A stretch of 62,504 bases of DNA from Ginglymostoma cirratum (lineage: Eukaryota), in assembly GCA_024137785.1 (NCBI GenBank), contig JAHRHZ010000065.1:19765350-19827853 (forward strand). The letters run 5' to 3'. A model generated the notes under the pieces. It did no database searches. It was not told where the DNA came from and saw only the letters and a program-made list of their open reading frames with translations. Position numbers and translations under genes: made by a program. Of the stretch, positions 14,095-24,472 are shown in pieces (the stretch's first letter is position 1; every line of letters starts with the position of its first letter).

Positions 14095-14455
14095 GGAGGC
14101 AATCAGATAGCAGTAATGACAGGGGGCTAGTAATCTAAAAACCAATGCTAATGCTCTGGGGTCACAGGTTCAAAACCGACTATGGCAGATCGTGAAATGT
14201 GAATTTACTGAAAGAAAGACAGCCTATTAGTACCCACTGCTGATTGTCATAAAAACCTATCTGGTTCATTAAAGCCTTTTAGGGAAGGAAATCTTTACCT
14301 GGTCTGACCTATATGTGACTCCAGACCCACAAACATGTGGTTGAAACTTAACTGCCCTCTGAAATGGCCCTACCAAATCACAAAGATTAAGAGGCAATTT
14401 GGGATGTGCAATAAATATTGGCCCAGACAGCAACTTCCACCCCTATGGTCAAACA
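14095..14455 (+). mobile_element. Second tRNA-derived SINE family (other copies about 3415-3545, 13725-13830, 38655-39170 minus, 59585-59890 minus)
   Basis: Shared ctagtaatc..gctctggg..ggttcaaa head and catctggttcactaa / gtgactccaga body. Confidence 0.6.
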
Positions 14456-14459
14456 AAAA

Positions 14460-15644
14460 GATTCTCTTGGCTAACAAGAATGTATCTAACTGTACCTTCA
14501 AAGTATTTAATAACTCTGCCTCCACTGCCTTCTGAAGCAGAGAGTTCCAAAGAAAAAATATTCTCCTCATCTTTATCCTGAAAGGGTTAACCATAATTTA
14601 AAAATATTTCCCCCTAATTCTGGACATTTTCACACGAGGAAACAGCTGTTTCATGTACACCTTGTCAAGAGTAGTTAGGGATTTCTTCATTTCAATTACA
14701 CCACCCCTCATTCTTCTAAATTCCAGTGAAAACAAGCCCAAATCATCAAACATATCCTCGTGTGACAAGCTGCTCATTCCGGTCATCATCTAGTAAACCT
14801 CCGCTGAGCCACCTCCAAAACACTGACTTCTTTAAATAAGGAAACCAAAGGTGTACACATTACTTGAGGTGTGGTCTCAAAATGCCCTGTATTTGAAGCA
14901 TAACATTTTTACTTACGCGTTCAATTCTTCTTGCAATAAATGATAACAACCTGTTAACCTTCTTGACTATCGGCAGATTATTCTCTGCAACTAATGAATT
15001 AGAACACCTAGATTGCTCTGTATTTCATACCTGTACAGTCATATTCCATTTAAGTAATGTTCTGCTTTCTTCCTGCCAAAGTGAACAACTACATATTTAC
15101 CTACAATAGGTTCCATCTGCCAGATTTTGTTCAGTCACTCAACCCTGTCCACATCCATCTGAAAAGTCCTTGTAACTTCATCACAAATACTTTCCTACCT
15201 ATTTTAAGTCATCTGCAAATTTGTCTACCATGCATTTTCTCCCCTCATCCTAGTTGTTGACGTAAATTGTAAGTAAGTGACGTCCCAGTATAGACCCCTT
15301 CAGGTCGCCACTTGTCATATCCTGCCAATCAGACAAGGACCCTTCTGTACATACTTTCGGCTTTCTCCTAGCCAGTAAATCAACTTTGCATGCTAAAATG
15401 CTAGCCCCTACACCATGAGCTTTTATTTTCTGCAATAGTCTGCTGGCAAATCTTCTTTACGTGCCAATATGTTAACGCCTACACCATGAGCTTTTATTTT
15501 CTGAATAGTTTTTGTAGTTTCTTGTCAAATGACTTCTGGAAATCTAAGTACAGTCCATCTACAAGCTCCCCAAATCTACAACTAATGTTAATCCTACAAT
15601 TTTATTCTTATTTAATAAATTAGTTCAACATGATTTCCCTTTTA
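14460..15644 (-). mobile_element. CR1 LINE fragment, interrupted at 15644 by a PLE
   Basis: LGLFSLEFRRMRGGVIE; KIKAHGVG..GSILG..LLTIYVN; sequence resumes at about 16617. Confidence 0.82.
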
Positions 15645-16620
15645 AGAGACAGTAGGGACTGCTGATACTGGAGAATCTGAGATAACAAGATGTAGAGCTG
15701 GATGAACACAGCAGGCCAAGCAGCATCAGAGGAGCAGGAAAGCTGATGTTTCAGGTCTAGACCCTTCCTTTCCCCCCAAAAAAACAGAATCGCCTTCCCC
15801 TCCCCCCCAAAACAATCTGACCCCACTACCAAAGACATTTTTCCCTCCCTACCCTTACCTGCTTTCCGGGGGGACCATTCTCTCCATGACACCCTTGTCC
15901 GCTCCACGCTCCCCACCAGCCCCATTACCCCCGGCACTTTTCCCTGCAACTGCAGGACGTGCTACACCTGTCCCTACACCTCTCCCCTCACCCCCATCCC
16001 AGGCCCCAAGAAGACCTTCCACATCAAACAGATGTTCACCTGCACATCTGCTAATGTGGTATACTGTATCCGTTGTTCCCTGTACCTTCCAGTCGCGAAC
16101 CATTTCAACTCCCCCTCCAACTCCTTGGACGACATGTCCATCCTGGGCCACCTGCAGTGACACAATGATGCCACTCGAAGGTTGCAGGAACAGCACCTCA
16201 TATTCTGCTTGGGAACCTTGCAGCCCAATGGTATCAATGTGGACTTCACAAGCTTCAAAATCTCCCCTCCCCCTACCGCATCCCAAAACCAGCCCAGCTC
16301 GTCCCCGCCTCCCTAACCTGTCCTTCCTCCCACCTAGCCACTCCTCCCACCTCAAGCCCCACCCCCATCTCCTACCTACTAGCCTCATCATGCCTCCTTG
16401 ACCTGTCTGTCCTCCCTGGGCTGACCTATCCCCTCCCTAACTCCCCATCTACACTCACCTTTACTGGTTCCAACCCCGCCTCTTTGACCTGTCTGTCTCC
16501 TCTCCACCTATCTTCTCCTTTATCCATCTTCTATCCGCCTCCCCCTCTCTTCCTATTTCTTTCAGAATCCCCTTCCCCGCCCCATTTCTGAAGAAGGGTC
16601 TGATGAAAACATCAGCTTCC
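15645..16620 (+). mobile_element. Penelope-like element (family A) 3' fragment with inverted terminal copy
   Basis: TFHIKQMFTCTSANVVYCIRCS...PVANHFNS...EQHLIFCLGTLQPNGINVDF (GIY-YIG domain, YIG segment deleted). Inverted pseudo-LTR at 15647-15770. Flanked by ttccctttta (15635-15644, 16617-16626). Confidence 0.85.
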
Positions 16621-16849
16621 CTTTTATGAAACCATTTTGACTCCTCCCAATTGCCTCAGCTTTTTTTTCACTTCAATTATTAAGTGTGAACATAACATAA
16701 TGAATTAGGTACTTGGGGAAAATGTCATGTCTGTCTAAAACTTTATAAGACACTGTTTTTCAAAGTCAATTAACTTTTTCTGTAAACAAATAAGCAATTT
16801 TTTTTAAATAACTATTTGACTGTCCAGTTCAAAGTAATCAAGTAATCAA

Positions 16850-17320
16850 AGTAAGGGTGCAGAGGAGATTTACTAGGTTCTGCATGGACTGGAGGGCAGG
16901 TCTTATGAGGAAAGGTTGAGGGAGCTACGGCTTTTCTCGTTGGAGCAAAGAAGGATGAGAGGGGACTTGATAGAGGTGCACAAGATGATGAGAGGCATAG
17001 ATAGAGTGGATACCCAGAGACTTTTTCCCAGGGCAGAAATGTCTATTACAAGGGGGCATAATTTTAAGGTGATTGGAGGAAGGTATAGCGGAGGTGTCAG
17101 AGGTACGTTTTTTACACAGAGAGTGGTGGGTGTGTGGAATGTGCTGCTGGCAGTGGCAGTGGAGTCAGATACTTTAGGGACATTTGAACGACTCTTGAAT
17201 AGGCACATGGATTGTAGTAAAATGTAGGGTATGCAGGTTAGTTTGATCTTAGTAGGATAATAGGCCAGCACAACATTGTTGGCCGAAGGGCCTGTACTGT
17301 GCTGTACTGTTCCATGTTCT
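16850..17320 (+). mobile_element. CR1 LINE 3' end
   Basis: LRLFSLEQRRMRGDLIEVHKMMRG..FFTQRVV; tail gctgtactgttccatgttcta. Confidence 0.9.
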
Positions 17321-17389
17321 AATCACATGATACACTTATACTTGGAATTTTAAATGGTAACTGATAAGACATGACATGACAGAACATCA

Positions 17390-17424
17390 TTTCTGATGAA
17401 GGGTCTAGGCCTGAAACATCAAGC
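17390..17424 (+). ncRNA. Minimal hammerhead motif, CpG-decayed (family A)
   Basis: ttt-CTGATGA-a-gggtctaggcct-GAAAC-ATC-aag. Insert 17387-17518 is flanked by cagaaca. Confidence 0.5.
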
Positions 17425-17624
17425 TTTCCTGCTCCTATGATGCTGCTTGGCCTCCTGTGTTCATCCAGCCCCATGCTTGTTATCTCGGATTCTCCAGCAT
17501 CTGCAGTACCTTTTATCTCAGAACAGGTTGCTACACAGGTTAACAGTTCCAGGGATGACAGGAGCATATTAGTATAATGGAGTATTGGTCAAAGGACAGA
17601 AAATGGAACATTGGAAATAATCAG

Positions 17625-18130
17625 AGATAAAAGGTACTGCAGATGCTGGAGAATCCGAGATAACAANNNNNNNNNNNNNNNNNNNNNNNNNNNNNNNNNN
17701 NNNNNNNNNNNNNNNNNNNNNNNNNNNNNNNNNNNNNNNNNNNNNNNNNNNNNNNNNNNNNNNNNNNNNNNNNNNNNNNNNNNNNNNNNNNNNNNNNNNN
17801 NNNNNNNNNNNNNNNNNNNNNNNNNNNNNNNNNNNNNNNNNNNNNNNNNNNNNNNNNNNNNNNNNNNNNNNNNNNNNNNNNNNNNNNNNNNNNNNNNNNN
17901 NNNNNNNNNNNNNNNNNNNNNNNNNNNNNNNNNNNNNNNNNNNNNNNNNNNNNNNNNNNNNNNNNNNNNNNNNNNNNNNNNNNNNNNNNNNNNNNNNNNN
18001 NNNNNNNNNNNNNNNNNNNNNNNNNNNNNNNNNNNNNNNNNNNNNNNNNNNNNNNNNNNNNNNNNNAAAGTTTTCCTGCTCCTATGATGCTGCTTGACCT
18101 GCTGTGTTCATCCAGCCCCATGCTTGTTAT
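17625..18130. repeat. Fold-back PLE family A insertion spanning the assembly gap
   Basis: Antisense arm before the Ns and sense arm after; 16-bp TSD cattggaaataatcag (17609-17624, 18131-18146). Confidence 0.8.
17667..18066. other. Assembly gap (400 N)
   Basis: Run of N. Confidence 0.99.
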
Positions 18131-18339
18131 CATTGGAAATAATCAGTCAGGTTATGGTTGTAACTAGTACAATGCTGTTAAGATCAGTGCCAGGAACTCA
18201 GCTAGTTACAATCTATGTTAATGACTTAGATGAAAGGATCAAGTATAACCCATCCAAGTCTGCTGCTGATACAAATTTAGGGGAAAATGTTTTCTGTGGT
18301 AAGAAAACAATGTGTCTTTTTCTCTGTGTGTTTATAGGA

Positions 18340-19200
18340 TTGGGCATCATTGACTAGGCCAGCATTTAATTCCGGTCCCTGATTGCCCTTGAGAAGTTTT
18401 TGCTCAGCTGCCTTCTTGAATTGCTGCAGTCCATGAAAGGTAGATACACTAATTGTGCTATTAGGAAGCGAATTATAGGATTTTAACCCACTAACCCTAA
18501 AGAAACGGCGATCTACTTCCAATTCAGGATGGCAAGTGGCCTACAGGGAAATTTGCAGGTGGTGGTGTTCACACCCGTCTGCAGTTTTTATCCTTCTAGG
18601 GTTAGAGGTCCTGGGCTTGGAAAGTGCCGTTGATTTTGCTACAGTGCATCTTGAAGATGATACACAAGACTGCCATTGTGCATTGGTAGAGGAGGGAGTG
18701 AATATTGAAGGCAGTGCCAATGAAGTGAACTGCTTTGTCTCAGATGGTGTCAAGCTTCAAGTGTTGTTGAATGTGCATGGATCCAAACAAGTGGAGAGCA
18801 TTCCATCAAATTCCTAACTTGTGCCTTTTCAATGTGGACAGGCACTGGGGAGATAGGAGGTGAGTCATTTGCTTTGAGATTCTGAGCCTCTGAACTACAC
18901 TTGGGGCCACAGTATTTATGTTGCTGGTTCAATTCACATTCTGAACAATTGTAACTCCCCAAAATTCAGCAGTGGTAATGCCATTGACTATGAAGAAGTT
19001 CATGGTTAGATTTGCTCTAGCTGAAGATGGTCATTGCTGGTACTTGAATGGCACAAACATTACTTGACACTTAACAGCCCAGGCCTGACCATTATCCAGG
19101 TCTTGCTGCATTTGGACATGGATTGCTTCTGTACCTGAGTCATTGGAAATGATGTTAAACCTTGAACAGTCACCCATGTATATCCTCATTTCCTGACCTA
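18340..19200 (-). mobile_element. CR1/L2-group LINE 3' fragment (related copies about 440-960 and 32050-32490 on minus, 50680-51205 on plus)
   Basis: QMQQDLDNGQAWAVKCQVMF; GLQQFKKAA..LLKGN shared between copies; the 50722 ORF reads GIRGTILCWLES..VLGP..FISDL. Confidence 0.7.
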
Positions 19201-19364
19201 ATAATGGAAGGGATATCAGAGATGAAACATTTGAAATCCTAACCATTTGCTGGTTAAAGAACGGCACTGTTTATTTGTTTCTTTTGTCTATCATGTTAAA
19301 TCAATGTTCATTGGCCCTCCATCATTTTGCCCACGGGAACAGAGTACAACAGTCAGGAAGTTAT

Positions 19365-21872
19365 GGTGAACAATATTCTCTTAGGAAATAAGGCAGGGCC
19401 AGTGACTGAAGTGTTAGTGGGGGAACACTTTGGGACTAGTGATCATAATACTATTAGTTTTAAAACAGCAATGGAAAAGAAAAAGTCTTCCAAAGAAGTT
19501 AAAGTTCTTAAATGTAGTACAGCAAATTTTAAGGGTATGAAATATGAACTTTGAAAAGTTGATTGGAGTCGACTGTTTGCAGGCAAAGAGATGACTGACA
19601 AATGGGAGCCCTTCAAAAGTGTGATAACCAAGAGTTCAGAAGCATTATGTTCCTGTTAGAGTGAAAGGCAAAGCTGGTAAAGTTAGGGAACAATGCATGA
19701 ATAAAGACATTGAAGTTCTAGTCAAGAATAAACAAGAATCACATATTAAATATACATACCTCGGATCAATTGAATTTCTTAAAGAGTATAACGTGTGTAG
19801 GGACAGTCTTAAGAAGGAAATCAGGAAGACCAAGAGGAGAGATGAGGTAGCCTTGGCACATCAGGTTAAAAATGATCCAAAAAGATTCTAGAAATACATT
19901 AGGTGCTGGAGAGCAACTAGAGAGAGAGCAGGACCACTTAAAGGTTAACAAGGTTGTCTTTGTGTTGAACCTCAAGAGGTGGGAGATATTAAATGAATAT
20001 GTTGCATCAGTTTTTACTGTTGAGCAAGAAATACAGACTACATAACTCAGAGAAATAAATACTGATGTTTTGAAAACAGTTCATGATGCAGAAGAGGAAG
20101 TGCTGGAGGTCTTAGAAAATATAAAGGTGGATGAATCTCTGGGACCTGATCAAGTGTATCTTACGACTTTGTACGAAGTTATGGAGGAAATTGTGAGGCC
20201 CGTGTCAGAAATATTTGGTTTGTCTATAAACAGGGGTGAAATACTGGACGACTGGAGGGTAGCTAATGTTTTTGCAATTCTTTAAGAAAGTCTGTAAGAA
20301 GAAACCTGGAAACTATAGATCTGTGAGTCTGATATCAATGGTGGGTAGGTTGTTGGAGGTGATTCTGAAAGATGGGATGTACATGTATTTGGAGAGGCAA
20401 GGAATGATTAGGAACAGTCGGTATGGTTTTGTGCAAGGAAAATCATGTTTCACAAGCTTGATTGAGTTTCTTTAATGAAGTAACCAAAATTATCGATGAG
20501 GGCTGAGCAGTAGACATTGTTGACTTGGACTTTAATAAAGCTTTGACAAGGCTCTGCATGGTAGACTAATTAGTAAAGTTAGATCACATGGAATTTAATG
20601 TGAGCTTGCCAATTGGATACAAAATTGTATGGTACTTTATGGTAGGAGACAAAGTGTGGTGGTGGAAGGTTGTTTTTCAGACTGGAGGCCTGTGACCACT
20701 GGTGTTCCACAGGTACCGGTACTGGATCCACTTTTGTTTGTCATTTATATAAGTGATTTGGATGAGAATATAGGAGGCATGGTGAGTAATTTTGCAGATG
20801 GCACAAAAATTAGTGGTATAGCAGACAGCGAAGGTTATCTAAGATTACAAAGGGATCTCAATCCCCAGTGGGCTGAGGTGTGGCAGATGGAGTTTAATTG
20901 GATAAATGTGAGGTATTGCATGTTGGTGAAACAATCAAGAGCAGGACTTATACAATTAATGGTGGAGCCCTGGGTAATTTTGTAAAACCTAAAGGTTCAG
21001 GTACATAATTCTTTGAAATTTGTGTCACAAATAAGGTGGTTAAGAAGGCGTTTGGCACGCTTGCATTCGTTGCTCAAACCTTTGAGTATAGGATTGGGAC
21101 ATTTTGTTGATGCTGTAGAAGACTTTGGTGAAGCCTCTTCTGGAGAACTGTGTGCAGTTTTGGTCACCCTGTTGTAGGAAGGATGTGGAGGTGCCGGTGT
21201 TGGACGCTGGTGGATGAAGTCAGAAGTCACACGACACTCTCTTAATCCAACAGGTTTATTTGAAATTGCAAGCTTTTGGAGGGCTCTCCTTCATCAAGTG
21301 AAGGAGCAGCACTCCAAAAGCTTGTAATTTCAAACAAACCTGGTGATGTGTGACTTCTGACTTTGTTTTAGGAAGGATATTATTCAACTGGAGAGAGTTC
21401 AGAAATTTTACCAGGATGTTGCCACAAATTGAGGGGTTGAGATATCAAAATAGCCTGGAAAGACTGGGACTGTTTTCATGGAGTATATGTGGTTGAGGGA
21501 TAACTTTATTGAGGTTTACAAAATCATTAGGGGCATAGGTAAGGTGAATGACAAGGGTCTTTTCCTTAGCATGGGAGAGTTCAAAACTGGAGGGCATATT
21601 TTTAAGGTGAATGGAGATTTAAAATGTACATGAGGGACAACCCTTTTATGAAAAAGTGTTTAGTGTGTGGAATGAACCGCCAGGGAACATGATGGATGCA
21701 GGTACAGTTACAACGTTTAACAGACGTTTGGATAAGTTCATGAATAGGAAAGGTTGGAGGGATATGGACCAAGTGCAGGCAGTTGGGATTCATTCAGCTT
21801 GGGAACATGGTCAGCATGGACTAGTTGGACCCAAGGGTCTGTTTCCATACCATATGACTCCATGACTCTAAG
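19365..21872 (+). mobile_element. CR1-clade LINE, 5'-truncated ORF2 plus 3' end, interrupted by a PLE hairpin
   Basis: End of APE domain (GEHFGTSDHNTISF), PGNYRSVSL, GFVQGKSC, GVPQ..LLFVIYISDLD, FADGTK; 3' tail atgactccatgactcta. Confidence 0.92.
21185..21368. repeat. Fold-back PLE family C insertion inside CR1
   Basis: aagtcagaagtcacac..ccttca / tgaagg..gtgtgacttctgactt; 10-bp TSD taggaaggat (21175-21184, 21369-21378). Confidence 0.88.
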
Positions 21873-22169
21873 AATTACGAGATTATGTGTGGGTGTCAAC
21901 AGTTACAACTGAGTTGATAATGTATGGCTTCCTTTAAGAAAATGTTGTTTTGATAAGCGTACGTCTAACTCCAAAGATAGTGACAGAAGAGGTCATGCTA
22001 CATTTTAGGTTTGAGAAGTAATTTCTGCAAGAGTTGGTCTTCTTTTCCTTAATTATCCAATCAGAAATTGATAGGCAAATTGTTTACTTGGAAACTTGAA
22101 CTAAAGATAGACTATATAACATTTGAGAAGATGCATGATACACTTTATTTTTCCGCTAATGTAACAAGT

Positions 22170-23360
22170 TGCCATTGACGCCGCACTCCTGCACTGAAGT
22201 CCAACGGGTTACGTGTTAAGGATTCTTACAGGTTACAAAAATGGCATTCTCGTTGCTGGTCGTAAACAGTAAAACTTAAAAAGCTCCAACCTACAGCGGG
22301 ACTGATTTTAAGAGAGTGGAGAGGGGCTGTCTTGTGGATCTGGACACAAGCAATTCCAACGTTTGTTTCCACATACATATCCACGCTTTACACAACTCTG
22401 GCTCTGAGATTTGGAGGGTGCTGTTAAATTAAATCGTGAAAGCCGCCAGGAGAATCCACAAAGGGAAGGATCATTGTAACTTTGAAAAGTTGAATAAAAC
22501 ATTCGGTCTGTTTGGATCCTGACTTTCAAATCCACCCCTCTCTCTCTCCCTCCCTTTTAGCAGCACACTCCTGCGGCTCAGTGAGGACTGTATGAGAAGA
22601 ACATTTGTCATTTACAGGGAACTGGCTGCTCACAGCTAACGGGACTCCCGCCTCCACCGCATGTCCTTACATTCAGATATTGGTTTGATATTGATCCGCT
22701 TTGCAATTTGCCAGGCTCAGTCTGCAAACCGGCCGCCGGGCCGTGTGATAAACCATGCCACCAATGCTTTCCGCCACTAACTCAACAACATTACGCCATT
22801 AATTGATACATTTCTGTACGGCAAGCGAAAGAGCTCAGTCAGCAGCACATGGCTCAGCTCCAGTAAACAGCAGCAGCATCTGAGAAAAGAGTGCGTTTGT
22901 TCCCTCAAGTCGGTTGTCTCGCAGAAGGCATCACCAGAGTACCAAGTACATCTGAACTGATTTCCATCCCCCCTCCCCCCTCCTTCCACACAGGCACAGC
23001 AAGCTGTGGCGGAATTTCCCCGGAGCTGGTATATTGACAATTTCAGTGTTATTTCAAGAAAGGGAGCAGCACTGTTCTAAACAGGCGGGTGTACAGCAAA
23101 ACCCTTACCCGGTGAGTAATTCTTCACGATCATGTCAGTTTTAGCATTCAGATGCATCGCAAGGAGATCTTCACGAACTGATCATATAAAGAGCTGGCTC
23201 TCGGATTAGCTGCTTCTGAGTTTGCTTATCCGCATGTTCGTTCCAGTCCATTGCAAATTAGTTTCAGTACTAATTGATCTGTAGAGACCAAAACCTGCAA
23301 GTGATTGGAAGAATTAGAAACCAATGCGGTAATGGCTGTAAACTTTTCCTTGCCCCCTCC
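22170..23360 (+). promoter_or_regulatory. CpG-enriched promoter region of slc6a11
   Basis: CpG retention is visibly higher than in the flanks and the region is repeat-free. GC-box-like CCCGCC at 22647; CCAAT at 22761. CpG richness continues over exons 1-2. Confidence 0.65.
22800..23111 (+). other. slc6a11: Probable non-coding 5' UTR exon of slc6a11 (start uncertain)
   Basis: Strong donor ccG|GTGAGT at 23112. Strong acceptor (ttttccttgccccctccAG, ending 23362) lies 6 nt before the ATG. This implies a 251-nt UTR intron. Confidence 0.6.
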
Positions 23361-23368
23361 AGGCCGAG

Positions 23369-23588
23369 ATGACAGCGGAGAAAGCGATTCCTATAATCAA
23401 TGGGAAGCCAGACGATGCGATGGACACCGAGGCATCGAACGTCAATTTAGTTCGTACCAACGACAAGAAAGTGTCAGACAGAGGCCAATGGAATAACAAA
23501 ATCGAATTTGTCTTGTCTGTGGCTGGAGAGATCATTGGATTAGGAAATGTGTGGCGATTCCCATACCTCTGTTACAAGAACGGAGGCG
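23369..23588 (+). CDS. slc6a11: Sodium/chloride-dependent GABA transporter 3 (GAT-3), coding exon 1
   Basis: [13 protein letters not shown]...[36 protein letters not shown]. The N-terminus MTAEKA and the [18 protein letters not shown]1 motif match GAT-3. ATG context gagATGa; donor G|GTACTG at 23589 (phase 1). Confidence 0.95.
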
Positions 23589-23853
23589 GTACTGTTATAC
23601 GGAATTTATTTGCTTTTCATCTTTAAATTCGTATTTTTAATTAGCATAGTCGCTGAATTATTTATGTTTTACAAAGCAAAATGCCCCGAATCCAGGGGGG
23701 AGAAACGGTAGTATACGATGTCTATATAGTGCGTCTAACTATCGTGTGCGTGTAAATAAGTTGCACTGTCCGAAAGTAATATAAACTCAGGAGCACTTCA
23801 ATGGTAACTAGAGTCACATAAGGAAGTGACAAATTCGAACAACTTGTGGTTAA

Positions 23854-24030
<177 letters not shown>

Positions 24031-24103
24031 TAGCTTGAACGTGACTGGCATCGATACAGAGCTTTCAGAAACCAGTAAGCTATTGCTTGCTATTCACTTG
24101 CAG

Positions 24104-24244
24104 GTATCGGCTATGCTACTCAGGTGATTGAAGCACATTTGAATGTGTTTTACATCATTGTTTTGGCCTGGGCCATATTTTACCTGTTTAACTGCTTTAC
24201 AACTGAACTCCCTTGGGCTACCTGTGGACATACTTGGAACACAG
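24104..24244 (+). CDS. slc6a11: GAT-3 coding exon 3 (141 bp)
   Basis: Acceptor ttgcAG; encodes (G)[46 protein letters not shown]; donor G|GTAAGG. Confidence 0.96.
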
Positions 24245-24381
24245 GTAAGGTGTGCACACTGCCATCCCTCTGTGATAGCATTAATTACAATAACTTTTAA
24301 AGTGCCAACATGCAAGCATTAATTTTCACTAATTAATAATTACTGTTTTAGTTATGGAGTGTCTTTTTATTTTTCTTGAAG

Positions 24382-24472
24382 AAAACTGTGTAGAGTTTCA
24401 GAAGCTGAATTCCACCAATTGCAGTCACGCAGCTGTACCAAATGCAACTTCACCTGTCATTGAGTTCTGGGA
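24382..24472 (+). CDS. slc6a11: GAT-3 coding exon 4 (91 bp, extracellular loop 2)
   Basis: Polypyrimidine tract plus gaAG acceptor; encodes (E)[29 protein letters not shown](E); donor GA|GTAAGT (phase 2). Confidence 0.95.

Noticed and set aside
15398-15511. Local ~40-bp duplication cctacaccatgagcttttattttctg
   Set aside because: Ordinary duplication within a dead CR1.
15855-16401. Pro-rich and Gly-rich ORFs of about 175 aa
   Set aside because: Alternative frames and antisense of the C-rich PLE fragment.
17611-18133. 158/170-aa ORFs
   Set aside because: Artefacts of translating through the N gap.
22836-22862. RE1/NRSE site in the promoter
   Set aside because: CAGCAC is present but the GGACAG half-site and spacing do not match.
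23589-23626. C-terminus [11 protein letters not shown] of the 85-aa ORF
   Set aside because: Read-through into intron 1; splicing at 23588 restores the GAT-3 frame.
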